A stretch of 64,000 bases of DNA from Candidatus Bathyarchaeota archaeon (GTDB taxonomy: Archaea; Thermoproteota; Bathyarchaeia; Bathyarchaeales; Bathycorpusculaceae). The stretch is taken from NCBI GenBank assembly GCA_963715865.1, contig OY970280.1, positions 512,001 to 576,000 on the forward strand, in the 5' to 3' direction. Under the pieces are notes generated by a model. That model searched no databases, was not told the DNA's origin, and saw nothing but the letters and a program-made list of their open reading frames with translations. A program made the position numbers and the translations under genes. Of this stretch, positions 1-11,315 are shown piece by piece (positions within the stretch are counted from its first letter, which is position 1; every line of letters starts with the position of its first letter).

Positions 1-175
1 TTAAGGACGACGAACCCAGAGGCTTCACTAGCTTGTTCGTGTCGGGGCAGCGTCTTTTCGGGTACTGCTTTGACAACGGGTGAAACTCTATAGCCGATTT
101 GCATTTGGATACTTCTCTGATCTTTTTTGCAGGTTCAAAAATAGTTACTTCCTAATAATTCCCAACGTTCAGTTT
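1..175 (-). pseudogene. Decayed C-terminal remnant of an NAD-dependent sugar epimerase/UDP-glucuronate decarboxylase
   Basis: Minus-strand translation LNVGNY*EVTIFEPAKKIREVSKCKSAIEFHPLSKQYPKRRCPDTNKL resembles the family C-terminus (NIGNP.E.TI.ELA...DDP.RRCPDI.K); in-frame stops. Confidence 0.45.
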
Positions 176-283
176 CTCTCATCAGAAGACGCCATGCCAG
201 CCATGCGAAAATTGAAATCAAAGTTGCCCTCAACTTCAACTCGCAAACTATTAATGAAGGCATTTACATACATGTTTATGGTG

Positions 284-484
284 ATGTTCACGACCAAAAA
301 AACAACAATAACGCTAAGAGACGACGTTTACCAAAATTTAAAGGAGAAAGCGGGCGCCAGAAACATCTCAAACCAAATAAACAAAATACTCATCGAGTAC
401 TTCACCAAAAAAGACAGCATGTTCGGCGTTATGAAACAAACGGACCTAACCGACCTCCGCGACCACAAGGACCGTTGTCTATGA
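284..484 (+). CDS. VapB-like antitoxin
   Basis: MFTTKKTTITLRDDVYQNLKEK...SMFG pattern; overlaps the start of a PIN toxin (ATGA). Confidence 0.65.
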   Translation: MFTTKKTTITLRDDVYQNLKEKAGARNISNQINKILIEYFTKKDSMFGVMKQTDLTDLRDHKDRCL

Positions 485-594
485 AATATGTGATCGATTC
501 CTACGCGTGGATAGAATACTTCATGGGAACCAAAACAGGCGAAAAAGTCAAACCCACCATCGAAGGCCAAGAAGAAAAAATGGGAAGTTTTTAA
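481..594 (+). pseudogene. vapC: Truncated VapC PIN-domain toxin (37 aa)
   Basis: MKYVIDSYAWIEYFMGTKTGEKVKPTIEGQEEKMGSF*; PIN strand-1 Asp (VIDS) and IEYF helix present, remainder missing. Confidence 0.7.
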
Positions 595-1220
595 TGATGC
601 TGCAAATTGTATCTGGGTTTGACGAAACTCAAGCTGAATTCTTGGCGGGTTTTGCGAGACAAAATCTAAGCGGAAAAATCGTACTAGATCTTGGATGCGG
701 ACCCGGTGAAAAAACAAGACTTTTCTGTGATGTAAGCGAAGTAGTCGGAATTGATATAACGACTAGAATTAGTAAGGAGCAAAAACACAAGTTTACTTTT
801 TTATTGGCTGATGCTACAAGACTACCGTTCAAAGATGATTATTTTGATGCTGCGGTGTCATTTGACGTCGTTGAGCATATAGCAGATGATAAGAAGTTTG
901 TTGCTGAAGCATTTCGAGTATGCAAGAAGAACGGCTATATCATTATGGGAACACCTAATCTACTAAGGTTGTCGAACAGGCTAAGAATTTTGCTTGGGCA
1001 ACAGATAGTCTTTCCATGTTACATAGCAGCTGATGCAATTCATTTTAGGGAATATACATCAGAACAACTTATCTCATTAGCGGCAGGAGCGGGTTTTTTG
1101 GGTAAATGTACGTTTATGTGGGTAGGACTATTCGGTAAATTCGATAAAGGTCTTGGAGTATTCCCAACCTTTCTTAATCCCTTTGCACAGCATCTTTTTT
1201 TCATCGGTCGCAAACCCTAA
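594..1220 (+). CDS. Class I SAM-dependent methyltransferase
   Basis: VLDLGCGPG motif I, DATRLPFKDDYFD, FDVVEHI. Confidence 0.85.
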   Translation: MMLQIVSGFDETQAEFLAGFARQNLSGKIVLDLGCGPGEKTRLFCDVSEVVGIDITTRISKEQKHKFTFLLADATRLPFKDDYFDAAVSFDVVEHIADDKKFVAEAFRVCKKNGYIIMGTPNLLRLSNRLRILLGQQIVFPCYIAADAIHFREYTSEQLISLAAGAGFLGKCTFMWVGLFGKFDKGLGVFPTFLNPFAQHLFFIGRKP

Positions 1221-1629
1221 TTCAAAATAATTAATGTTGTGTAGTTAGCTGCCCGTCTTTATTCTTATCAATAGCTAAATCTATCAATCCTAAATGTATT
1301 GTTATTCTGGTCTTTTTTTAAAAAAAGAAACTTCAAAGCGGCAATTGTCAGCTATTTGTTAAGTTGGTGAAAGGTATTGCTTTGGGTTGTCGTAGCGCGC
1401 TGCCTTGTCCCGATATTACGTGTTGAAGAATGTTGGTGAGACTGCTTTGTCTGGTCTTCCAAAGTTTTCGGCTGCCTCTCTATTCAGAACCAAGCACAAC
1501 AAGCTGTAGAGCGCATAGGAAGCGCGCGCTCAAATGTTTTCTGCTTTATCTTCAAGCGGTCAGGCTCTCCTAATATAAGTCACAATTATTTAATCAGCCT
1601 GCGCGCCTGCCAGAAGCAAGGTTGTATCC

Positions 1630-2661
1630 CTACTTGTTAAGGTGTTGGGACCCGATTCGCCGCCAAAGTTCTATAGGGTTAATCTTCACCATATGACTTA
1701 TGATTTCCTTATCTGAGACTTTTCTTATGTAGTACTTAATCTTTAGATGTTGAGCCCACATATACCTGAAATGCTTCATGTTCCACATTAAAGCCCGCCC
1801 TATTGCCGAAAACATAGAGAAATTATTGGTAAATGCAAACCATAGTAACTGCGATAAATCAAACGACAAAATAAGAGGTAAAAATCGGAATTGATAGGGG
1901 ATGCTATAATTTTTAATTGTCGTCATTATCCTATTCTTTTCTCGGTGAAAAAGAACATGTACCAACTTTCGAGTGGTACCCGAAACTTTGTGGTACATAG
2001 TACATCTCGACACACAGACTACCTTGTACCCACTCAGCCATACCCGCCAGCATAGATCAACATCGTCAAAGCCGAAATCGTAGTTTGAATCAAGCAGCCC
2101 TATTTGCCTAAGGAGATCTGTTCTAATAAACAATGCAGTTGTTCCAGCGGCGAAAATTTCCGATGTGTCACCGTCGTATTGACCAGTATCAATTTCATAT
2201 TCTCCAAGTTGGTAGTTAAACCCACATGGATCGATGAATGAACCAACTCCTTGAAGCCGTGTGCGGTCATCCATCAGCAATTGTTTAGAACCAGCAGCGC
2301 CAATTTTTGGGTCACTCTCCATCGCATTGATCATACAATATAACCAGTTCACGGTTAGTTCAGTATCATTATTTAGGAGAACAATATATGGTGTCCGCCG
2401 ATTTACAAGCCGAATACCAACGTTATTTCCTTCTATAGGTCCAGAGTTTCCTTTGTTTTCAACAATTTTAAGGCGAGTATCATGACCGAAGCGTGTTTTA
2501 ACATAGTCGACACTTCCATCAATTGATGTGTTATCAACAAACACGATTTCAAAATTAGAAAAACTTTGGTTAAAAATCGAAGTTAGACATCTATCGAGAA
2601 ACTGCTTACCATTGTAATTTAAAATCACTATTGAAACTAATGGATATCTTGCATCAGCCAT
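1630..2661 (-). CDS. GT2 glycosyltransferase (WbbL/RfbF-like)
   Basis: VSIVILNYNG, FVDNTSIDGS, LLNNDT, DDVDLCWR. Confidence 0.9.
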   Translation of the reverse strand: MADARYPLVSIVILNYNGKQFLDRCLTSIFNQSFSNFEIVFVDNTSIDGSVDYVKTRFGHDTRLKIVENKGNSGPIEGNNVGIRLVNRRTPYIVLLNNDTELTVNWLYCMINAMESDPKIGAAGSKQLLMDDRTRLQGVGSFIDPCGFNYQLGEYEIDTGQYDGDTSEIFAAGTTALFIRTDLLRQIGLLDSNYDFGFDDVDLCWRVWLSGYKVVCVSRCTMYHKVSGTTRKLVHVLFHREKNRIMTTIKNYSIPYQFRFLPLILSFDLSQLLWFAFTNNFSMFSAIGRALMWNMKHFRYMWAQHLKIKYYIRKVSDKEIISHMVKINPIELWRRIGSQHLNK

Positions 2662-2683
2662 ATCATATCTTCCTTAGACCCTA

Positions 2684-4930
2684 TTATATCAAATGACGAG
2701 AATAAACTAAACCTTGGTCCGTATTAATTTTATGTAAACATGCTTGATTGTTTTTCACTTTGTGATTCCGCCTTACTTTTCTCACGGTTGCAAGAATTAC
2801 ATAAAGAGAAACCGAAAGTATCACTACAATTGAAACAGTCAGGGCGGCGATGTAAGTTGTCTGCGGCTCATAGTATATGTCAACTGTCATGGTTCCTGTG
2901 TAATTTATGTACCAACTGTTAAACCCGTTGCTGTCTTCGATGTGAGTTGCTAATTTGGTTCCGTTAACTGAGGCTGTCCAACCTGTAGCGTAGACTTGAT
3001 TAAGTACAAGGAAATATGGCGAAGTAGAAGTAGCTTGAACTTTGTACATGGTTGGGTCATGATATGTGATTTCCACGGTAGCGTTCGAGCTGTCCGCATA
3101 AACAACTGGCTTTGCGTATTCGTCCTGGTAAACAACTACGTCAGAAAAGCTCGCAACTTTCATTATACCCGACTGTGTAGAGAGGTGGCTCAATATGTCA
3201 GTCACATTGTACGGAGCTCCCACATTGGTGTAAACTACAATGTACTTTATACTGAAGGAACCCCAAATTTCTCCCACTTGCGAGTTGCCGTCAAGAAGCT
3301 CATTCAGAAGCAAGCTGCTGTTCGACGACGAAACGCAAGGCAGATTATTGACCTCAGAATAGATGACTCCATTAACCTGTCCATAGGGCCCATAGGACGG
3401 TGAGAAATAGCCGGTATTCCCGATGAACGCGCTTCCTCCACCAGGTAGACAAAGCACAAAGTGTTCGTTATCCCCCGCGACCACATTGCTCCATTCCGTG
3501 TAGCCAGAAGGAATCTGGTAAAGGTTCAGCTTCAGTGCCGGGCCAAAAATTGGCTTGCCCGAAGTCTGCCCTGTCCACCATGGAATGCTCGCTGAAATTA
3601 CTAGAATCAAAATTATGATAAAACACACATTGCGGACTAGATGCTTGGACACTCCTTTACCAAATTTGGTAAATGCGCGAGAAATGCCTTGGTTCGCGTA
3701 TCCTATTAGTAAGGCTAAACCAAGACTTGCTGGAACTAGGAAGATGCTTGGCGCCTCGAATATAGATCCGTATGGTAAGTTGGAGACGAGGTAATGTAAA
3801 TTAATGTATGACAGATATGAAACTAACACAAAAAGGTAAGCAAGTGAGCAAAAAAGAACGCGCCTATCACGTGGTCTTAATAATAGACCTATTGCAGCCA
3901 ACAGAAGTGGTAAGAAAGAAAGCAATATTAGCTCTTTGGGAAAGTAGGTTTCAAACTGGTAATTAAATGTACTTCCCCATAACCTGATGGGATCTATTAG
4001 AGACGAAAAATGATAGAATTGGCTCACCATTACATTAAAATAGTTACCTTGATAAAAGGACAATGCGGCTGTACGTGATGTGAAAAAGCTTAGCGCGGTC
4101 AAGACCCAAATAGATAAAGAGATTGCAGTAAGGATTAGTCCTCTTCGAATGATTTTTAGACAACCTCTGGACTCAAATAAAACAAACAGAAAGCCCAACA
4201 AAGGATAAATTAGAATAGATGCCGGTTGTGCCATAGCAATGGATAGTATAATACCATTGATTAACGCATACCGTAAATCATTTGTTTCTAAGAACTTCTT
4301 GGTGGTTAAAATCATAAGCGGTAGAAGATCATAAGCAATTAAATAAAATATATAACCCTGCATGAGCCAATTGAATACGACACCTGTAGTCATGAAAAAT
4401 AGTCCAGATAAAAAAGAAGAGAGGAAACCCAGACCAAATGATCTAGCGAGAAGGTACATAGTTATTCCCGCTATAGCAACAAGTGAAATCGATAACAACT
4501 TTATTTCAGCCCCACCGACAAAACCAAAGGGAGCCAAAGCGGCATTTAGAAGTGGGAAGAAGGGAAAACCATAATTCCCAATATTTACGTAGCCGAAGCC
4601 GTTATATGACCAAACAAACAGGAGGGAGTGAAAACCGTTTAGCGCCGCGCTGGCTGTCAGAGGTATACTCCAGTCGGCTTCTGCTACGTTCCCACGACTA
4701 GTAACCACTCCAAAGAGAAAGAAGACTGAAAGAACCACATAGGTAATTGCAGCTATGAAAAACCCACGAATTCCATCAACAATGGTTAATGCTTTCTTTG
4801 GGCTTTCTTGTCTCCAATGCGAATCTAACTTTGCATGAAGCCTTATTGGCAAAGACTTTAGAGTAAATGATATGGCATCGCATCTTCGCCGGACTGTTTC
4901 AAGTGGGAATATTGTTGTTATATTAACCAT
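2684..4930 (-). CDS. Large polytopic membrane protein, GT-C/YfhO-like
   Basis: More than 10 TM helices followed by a soluble C-terminal domain (FLVLNQVYATGWTA..NGFNSWYI) and terminal TM; glycosylation-cluster context. Confidence 0.6.
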   Translation of the reverse strand: MVNITTIFPLETVRRRCDAISFTLKSLPIRLHAKLDSHWRQESPKKALTIVDGIRGFFIAAITYVVLSVFFLFGVVTSRGNVAEADWSIPLTASAALNGFHSLLFVWSYNGFGYVNIGNYGFPFFPLLNAALAPFGFVGGAEIKLLSISLVAIAGITMYLLARSFGLGFLSSFLSGLFFMTTGVVFNWLMQGYIFYLIAYDLLPLMILTTKKFLETNDLRYALINGIILSIAMAQPASILIYPLLGFLFVLFESRGCLKIIRRGLILTAISLSIWVLTALSFFTSRTAALSFYQGNYFNVMVSQFYHFSSLIDPIRLWGSTFNYQFETYFPKELILLSFLPLLLAAIGLLLRPRDRRVLFCSLAYLFVLVSYLSYINLHYLVSNLPYGSIFEAPSIFLVPASLGLALLIGYANQGISRAFTKFGKGVSKHLVRNVCFIIILILVISASIPWWTGQTSGKPIFGPALKLNLYQIPSGYTEWSNVVAGDNEHFVLCLPGGGSAFIGNTGYFSPSYGPYGQVNGVIYSEVNNLPCVSSSNSSLLLNELLDGNSQVGEIWGSFSIKYIVVYTNVGAPYNVTDILSHLSTQSGIMKVASFSDVVVYQDEYAKPVVYADSSNATVEITYHDPTMYKVQATSTSPYFLVLNQVYATGWTASVNGTKLATHIEDSNGFNSWYINYTGTMTVDIYYEPQTTYIAALTVSIVVILSVSLYVILATVRKVRRNHKVKNNQACLHKINTDQGLVYSRHLI

Positions 4931-5078
4931 TTTTTAGATTCAACCGATTCTGTCAAAAACGGTTCTTCTCCAAGGATGAACTAGCTTGTAGTACATTAAA
5001 GTATAAATGAATTATACAATATCCCTCTAACATAAGATCAAGATATGGATTAGTAGAGTCATGTTACAAATTTAGGTC

Positions 5079-5693
5079 TCAATGCGCGTTTTGTGAAATC
5101 TTCCGTGCTTTGACTATTAATTGATGGGCAAATAGACCTTTCCAAATTCTCCCGAACTTCTTCATAAGCCTATTATAGCTGCCAATGTAAACTATTTCAA
5201 AACCCGATTGTTGAACGAATTTCTTTGCAGTGGCTAATGTGAAGAAGTGAAGATGAGTTTTATCTAGTATACCTGATTCTTGGTAATCGAACTTTCCAAA
5301 CAGAAGCTTTAGCCTAATCATCCAATTCGCTATATTTGGCAAAGAAATGAGAAAATAACCATCAGCATTGAGGTAATTGCTCAACCGCTGCAATGTGGTC
5401 ATAGGATATCGTAGATGTTCCAAAGAATCTGCAAAAATTATCGCGTCAAAGTGCCCATAACGTGCAAGGTCGTCAATAAGTTCTATATCTGAATTAATTA
5501 CGCCATCAAGCTTCTCTCGCGCTTGATTAGCTTTATCTTTGTCTATTTCGACACCTATAACGAAGCAATGTTTATCAGACTTTAATCGTTCGCCAAGGTG
5601 ACCTGCACCACATCCAACATCTAAAACTCTCCAACCATCCTCCACTAAACGGTATATCTCCTCGTTATAAGAAACCATCTTGTCGGAGTTCAT
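5079..5693 (-). CDS. Class I SAM-dependent methyltransferase
   Basis: VLDVGCGAG, FADSLEHL, GILDKTHLHFFT typical of glycan-cluster methyltransferases. Confidence 0.85.
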   Translation of the reverse strand: MNSDKMVSYNEEIYRLVEDGWRVLDVGCGAGHLGERLKSDKHCFVIGVEIDKDKANQAREKLDGVINSDIELIDDLARYGHFDAIIFADSLEHLRYPMTTLQRLSNYLNADGYFLISLPNIANWMIRLKLLFGKFDYQESGILDKTHLHFFTLATAKKFVQQSGFEIVYIGSYNRLMKKFGRIWKGLFAHQLIVKARKISQNAH

Positions 5694-5788
5694 GTTTTAT
5701 TTGTCCCCCAATTTATTCCCAAACTGTTCTGTTGTATAGTTACAAACGATCTTGCTAGACTTGGCTACTTTGGTCCATTCGCGCGCGC

Positions 5789-6472
5789 TCATTTTATTCT
5801 TTTCAGGTAGCCTTTCGGATTAAAGGTCAGGTAGAATTTCTCTCTACTTGTATCCACCACAAAGTTTGCGTTTTCAACTAAAAATTCATCAATGGCTTCC
5901 ATAGGACCTGGCCCGAAAACTTTTAGAACGGGATGACCGTTTATGTTTGAGTCTTCCACGATAAGATAGTAGCCTTTACTTACATATCTGCTGTAAATTC
6001 TTAGCTCTTTTATGACGTGGTTTTTGTGATGGTCAGAATCTAGGATCACCATTACTTTGTCTTTATCGTCTATGAATTTTTCAATGCATTCCACAGTTTC
6101 TTTTGATGTTGATGAACCGATTACGTAGTTAATTCTTTTGTGTTTGGGTCTACCTTTCACGTCAGCTATGTCGATAGTGATGATCTTTCCATTGCCGAGC
6201 AAATCGCAAATTGAAGCCAGAAACAGAGCACTTCCTCCACTTGCAGTCCCGCATTCAATTATCGTATCAGGTTTGGTTTCAAAAATAATTTCTTGATAAA
6301 TCATAAGGTCTAACGGGCACTTTTGGATAGGAACCCCTAGCCAACTGTTTTTTTTCCAAACCAACGAGTTATAGTAGAATTGGTGAAATTGTGCGACTAT
6401 GTTTTTCCGGAAGACTATCTCATAATTGAGAAAATTGATCTCAGCATTTGCCAGAGTCTTTAATGGATTCAA
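5789..6472 (-). CDS. CmcI (cephalosporin hydroxylase) family / rhamnosyl O-methyltransferase-like
   Basis: WLGVPIQKCPLDLMIYQEII..KPDTIIECGTASGGSA, VILDSDH, IVED, FNPKGYL. Confidence 0.85.
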   Translation of the reverse strand: MNPLKTLANAEINFLNYEIVFRKNIVAQFHQFYYNSLVWKKNSWLGVPIQKCPLDLMIYQEIIFETKPDTIIECGTASGGSALFLASICDLLGNGKIITIDIADVKGRPKHKRINYVIGSSTSKETVECIEKFIDDKDKVMVILDSDHHKNHVIKELRIYSRYVSKGYYLIVEDSNINGHPVLKVFGPGPMEAIDEFLVENANFVVDTSREKFYLTFNPKGYLKRIK

Positions 6473-6827
6473 AGGTTTTCTTACCTATATTAGTGAATAG
6501 TTTTATTTAGTGTATCCGCATTGCTATTAACGCTTTTGGCAGGTTAGCCCCACGGTGCCCGCATGCTCGTAGTAATCAACAGAAAAATGTTGACTCAAAA
6601 AACTGACATGGTATACTTGTAGTATCCGCTGAGTTATAGGCATTTTTCTGGTCAGTCTAAGTATGAGTACGTTCCAATTTAAAACCATCGAAGAGCCATC
6701 AACCGAAAGTTGACATGAACCATCATCAACCGAAGACTTGAAAGAACTGCACTCAGAAAGAAATGAAAAAGAGGTAACAGACAAAATTCACCAATCCTTC
6801 CCTAATTGTTACTGTCCATTTTTTTCA

Positions 6828-7862
6828 TCATATTATAAACCTACCCATAAACCATTGCCTAAGAATAGTAATCTTTAAACTTTTCTTAATCATCTCTTTT
6901 TGAATGACATCATCACTCGCAACTCGTATTTTCTGAATCCTAACGCGTAGATATAAAGCGCTTTTAATGTGCGTAATGTTCCATATGACCGACTTTACTA
7001 GCGCTAAAGCCATATCAACTCTTCTTATGGCCAAGTAAAAAACCATTTCACCCGACAAAATTGCAATATATTGAGGAAGTATTCTGATCAGTGTTGAGGT
7101 TGAATAATTCTTCAGCAGAGTCCTCAGAATATTCTTTTCAGCCAAGAATCTTATACCCCCTCGATCAAAAATAGATCTGACGGTTGCCGAACCTTTATGA
7201 TAACTGATAGCAGATGGATTAACTGCTATTTTATACCCGGTCAATTTAACCCGCCAACAAAGGTCTACGTCCTCATAAAGTGCAAAGTATTCAGGATCGA
7301 AACCGCCTACCTTGTCAAAAACTTCATGCTTTATCAGAGATGGGCAACCATAGGCAAAAAAAACAGTTGTCTCAAAATCCCATTGCGTTTTATCTACCTC
7401 ATTTGCGCCTCTCGGTATGCCAAAGCCTAGTATATCTAGTTCGCCACCTACATTATCAATGATTTTAGTTCTCCTATTGTTAACACCAAGTTTCAAGGTT
7501 TTAGACGCGCAGACGCCAATAGCAGGATCAGACTCCACCATTTTCACCATCTCCTTGATTAAGTTGGAGTCAACCTCCATGTCGTTGGCCAAGAAGAGGA
7601 GATAATCGCCAGATGCGTGCTGTGCCCCGATGTTACACCCTTTAGAAAATCCCACATTCGTCTCATTTTTGAAAATGGTAAATTCAGGAAAATGGTTTTT
7701 CACGAAATCAACACTTCCATCAGTAGAGCCATTATCTAGAATAATCACTTCATAGTTACTGTAATCTAATTTCTTAACTGATGACAAGAATTGCTCCAGA
7801 AGTCTCTTGCCATTATAGGTCAAAATAATTACACTTACCTTTTTTACCTGTGAACTGGCCAT
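6828..7862 (-). CDS. GT2 glycosyltransferase
   Basis: VSVIILTYNG, LDNGSTDGS, FLANDM, EDVDLCWR. Confidence 0.9.
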   Translation of the reverse strand: MASSQVKKVSVIILTYNGKRLLEQFLSSVKKLDYSNYEVIILDNGSTDGSVDFVKNHFPEFTIFKNETNVGFSKGCNIGAQHASGDYLLFLANDMEVDSNLIKEMVKMVESDPAIGVCASKTLKLGVNNRRTKIIDNVGGELDILGFGIPRGANEVDKTQWDFETTVFFAYGCPSLIKHEVFDKVGGFDPEYFALYEDVDLCWRVKLTGYKIAVNPSAISYHKGSATVRSIFDRGGIRFLAEKNILRTLLKNYSTSTLIRILPQYIAILSGEMVFYLAIRRVDMALALVKSVIWNITHIKSALYLRVRIQKIRVASDDVIQKEMIKKSLKITILRQWFMGRFII

Positions 7863-8124
7863 TTAAACCACCGTTTTTTTTTAGCGCACGCTTACCAACG
7901 AAGATCTCAGTACCAGAAGAACACTTGAACGGGTCAAATCTAACTATGAATAGGATATGCATAAGAGATTAGCTTCATTTCTTTATGGGCGGTAATTGCA
8001 ATTTGTAAGATATAAGGTCTTATCAGAGAATTGAGGGAGGGGAGAGCACACACTTGTTGATTGTTCAAATTGGCAGTTACTTGATTGAAATTCCTGTTTT
8101 GCAAACATTTATCGTACAACACAT

Positions 8125-9327
8125 TCATTTTTGTAAGCCTTCTATCAGCAGTATTTCTTGTTTTGCAACTTTGTCCCAATCATATCTTTCCATGAATTTC
8201 TGACCTGCAAGGCCAAAAATTCGTCTCAACTCGTCATTAGTGAGAAAATTCATGATGGCATCTGCGAATTGCTTCAGATCGCCTAAAGGAACCTTCGAAA
8301 TATTTTCCCCGTATAAGTCTTTGTATATGGGCAGATCATAGGCGACTACAGGTAGTCCACAAGCCATCGCTTCAGCTATGACAATTGCAAAACTTTCATA
8401 GTGACTTGGGCATAAGAAAATGCCGCTCGATTTTAGCAATAGAAACTTCTCATCGCCAGTTTGGGAGCCAACTAGGACTACATTATCGGAAAGACTGTTT
8501 TCTGTTATTGCCGCCGTGACTTTTTCTGTTATCGATGCTGAACCACTTCCTATTATGCATAATTTGGCGTTTGGCTTCTTTTCACAGATCAATTTCCATA
8601 TTCTTATTAAATCAAAAATGCCTTTTTGCGGATGAAAACGTCCAAGAAAAACTCCATCGTATAGCTTGACATCAGTTTTTAAACTGTTTATGTGATCATA
8701 ATCTACGCCGCCATTAACCACGCTCACTTTAGACTCATCAACGCCTTTGTTGTATACTAGATATTCTTTGTCCATCTTGTTCAGAACCAACATTTGATCA
8801 GCCCAACGTTTTCCCCAGGATATAGTGAACTGTTGACTTAAGAAATAAAGCAACCGCCGAGGTGTTGGCACCGAAAGTCGATTATTTTTGTCAAAACTTT
8901 GGGTGTAATCTCTAAATAGATTTGGAACAACCAAAAAGATACAGGTAATCCATTTCATTTTTCTTTTTCTCAACTTCCAAACGAAAGCAGGAAAAGCATC
9001 CCACAAAAAGTCCGAAGGAGAATATAAAATACCCTTTTCAGTTGGTAAGCTGGAAAGACTTACCCGAATAGTACGAAAAACAGAATCAAGAAAAGAACTG
9101 AAATAGCTTGATGTCCTTTTTAGAAAAAACGGTGAAACTTTGTAGTTCGCGTTTATACCATTTTTCATAAAAGTGTTGCATACGCCTTTTGATGAAATCA
9201 CATATAGATTAACACCTTTTTCTCTACTGATCCTTTTCATAATCTCAATCAGACGAATAGTTCCACCACTTAAATACACAGTATCTGGCGGTTCTGGACC
9301 TTGACCATTAATTATTATGTTTAACAT
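8125..9327 (-). CDS. GT4 glycosyltransferase
   Basis: FLGRFHPQKG, PSHYESFAIVIAEAMACGLPVVA. Confidence 0.9.
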   Translation of the reverse strand: MLNIIINGQGPEPPDTVYLSGGTIRLIEIMKRISREKGVNLYVISSKGVCNTFMKNGINANYKVSPFFLKRTSSYFSSFLDSVFRTIRVSLSSLPTEKGILYSPSDFLWDAFPAFVWKLRKRKMKWITCIFLVVPNLFRDYTQSFDKNNRLSVPTPRRLLYFLSQQFTISWGKRWADQMLVLNKMDKEYLVYNKGVDESKVSVVNGGVDYDHINSLKTDVKLYDGVFLGRFHPQKGIFDLIRIWKLICEKKPNAKLCIIGSGSASITEKVTAAITENSLSDNVVLVGSQTGDEKFLLLKSSGIFLCPSHYESFAIVIAEAMACGLPVVAYDLPIYKDLYGENISKVPLGDLKQFADAIMNFLTNDELRRIFGLAGQKFMERYDWDKVAKQEILLIEGLQK

Positions 9328-10106
9328 TATAAAATCCCATTATCTTGAGTTTTAATTACGGGATATTCAAACTTTAAGAGTAATTTCGTTGCAACCATAA
9401 GATCTGAAGAAGTGTTTACGTTAATATTCATCCCATTGATTAAAGCGGCATAGGCCCGTCCTTTTTTTGCAATCAGTCCTATAGTATCGGTAATTTCTTT
9501 TTCGTTACGTTTACTCGAAGCGGGGGTTATTTCAATAAAATCAAAAACTTTGGGATCAAACAGATACACTCCTACGCCGCGTAGATTAGATTTTGGAGCC
9601 GAAGGCTTTTCAATGATTTCCTTTATTTTGCCGGCATTACCCAAAGCAATACAACAAGCTCTCTTAATTGCCTCAACATTATTTTCAGGTACAGCACCCT
9701 CTACAACCCACGCATTTTTTTCCCAAAAAGTCTCAACAAGATTGCTAAGAGAACTTGTAATTGTTAGGTCGTCGCCTAAAATTACCGAAAAAGGCTCGCT
9801 AACGAAATTCTTTGCCAAGCTAATTGCATGCGCGATTCCTCTCAGAGGGTTCTGCTCTATATATGTTATATGTAAACTAAAATCCTCGCCGTTGCCAAAG
9901 TACTCTTGGATTATTTCTTTCTTGAATCCTACAATCACATATACGTCCTCAACGCCCATTCGTTGCATATTCTCTATTACATACTCCAAAATTGGCTTAT
10001 TCAGAATGGGCAGCAAACACTTAGGAAGCACGCGCGTTAGGGGAAGACTGTTTAAACGACGACCATACCCTGCAGCGGGAATAACTCCTACCTTAATTTT
10101 TTTCAT
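9327..10106 (-). CDS. Sugar-phosphate nucleotidyltransferase (RmlA/glucose-1-P thymidylyltransferase-like)
   Basis: IPAAGYGRRL, LPKCLLPI, GIAHAI, ILGDD, IIEKP, EITD. Confidence 0.85.
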   Translation of the reverse strand: MKKIKVGVIPAAGYGRRLNSLPLTRVLPKCLLPILNKPILEYVIENMQRMGVEDVYVIVGFKKEIIQEYFGNGEDFSLHITYIEQNPLRGIAHAISLAKNFVSEPFSVILGDDLTITSSLSNLVETFWEKNAWVVEGAVPENNVEAIKRACCIALGNAGKIKEIIEKPSAPKSNLRGVGVYLFDPKVFDFIEITPASSKRNEKEITDTIGLIAKKGRAYAALINGMNINVNTSSDLMVATKLLLKFEYPVIKTQDNGIL

Positions 10107-10123
10107 CTAATCAGGCCTCACCT

Positions 10124-11181
10124 TTATTGGAGGATTAGAATGTAATACGAGTCGCTCCGCCTTAGATTGTTTTTCAAGAAACAGCCGGAGAAGCCAAGGA
10201 TTAAATGGATGCATAACCTGAAGGATTTCTTTATCAGAAACGGTCCTAAAACTTGAAGTTTCCGACCTTTTTCTGTAAAATAACCCTGAGATCTGTCATA
10301 ACTTGCAGAATACCCTTTAATGCTGCATATGATATTTTCAAGTTTTTCTTTACTGTTAGCTAAATAAACGATTTTTATCATCTCTACCGTTAAGATTATT
10401 GGCGAAAGTTTAAGCAGAGTTTCTATTTCATAATTTTTTATGAGGGTAACAAGGTGATTTCTAGTATACCACGTAACATTGTTAATTCTTTGAAAGTATG
10501 TAGCTCCGACAGTGCCTCCTCTGGCATGATAAACTATTGCTTTTGGAACGAAAAACACTTTATAACCGCCCAAACGGGCTCGCCAAGAAAGATCCATATC
10601 ATCATATTCCATAAAGAAATAGTCGTCAAATACGCCTACTTTGTTAATAACTTCCCTCTTGATCGCGAACGCCATTCCTTCTGCAAAGAACACTTCATAA
10701 TTTATTTTTGAGGAAGCATAACTATAGGAATAGCCAAACCTGTCTAGATAATTCATTCCAGAGTCGGGAGTTCTTCGATCCCACATAGAGAGAGAGTTAC
10801 ACTGAACCATACCAATATGTTTGTCTGCTTTCATGACCTTGGCAATTTCTTTGATCCAATTGGATCTCGACTATCATGTCATTGCTTACGCATACAATTA
10901 TTTCGCCCTTCGCAATTCTCATGCCCTGATTGTTGGCAGGAGACCAGCCTAAATTCGCAGTATTCTGAATTATCTTTAAACGTGCATCGTTTGTAAACAT
11001 GCCTTTGACGAATCCAACACTCCCATCAGTGGAACCGTTATCCACAAAAATTATCTCCAATTTGTCTCTCAGGATAATTACTCGCCAAAATAGACTCAAA
11101 CAACTGTTTAAGCCACTTTTTCCCATTTAAACTAACGGTTATTACAGAGATTGTTGGCCATTCCGTCTTGATTTCTTGCAC
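10124..11181 (-). pseudogene. GT2 glycosyltransferase broken by several frameshifts
   Basis: Pieces WPTISVITVSLNGKKWL / IIFVDNGSTDGS / EYDDMDLSWR lie in different frames (ORFs 10797-11126 and 10124-10834). Confidence 0.75.
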
Positions 11182-11315
11182 GGTTCACCAGTCCAGTTGT
11201 TTTTTAAGTACTTCTTTTTCATCAAATAATAAGTTATTGCCTTGAAGAAGGAAATAACTGGCAGATTTGGCCAGAAAATTCAATTCTTTATGAGATATGT
11301 ATGGTAACTGCAAAA

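Noticed and set aside
6527-6784. 85-aa ORF between CmcI and GT2
   Set aside because: Low-complexity Ser-rich translation, no motif; probably spurious or decayed.
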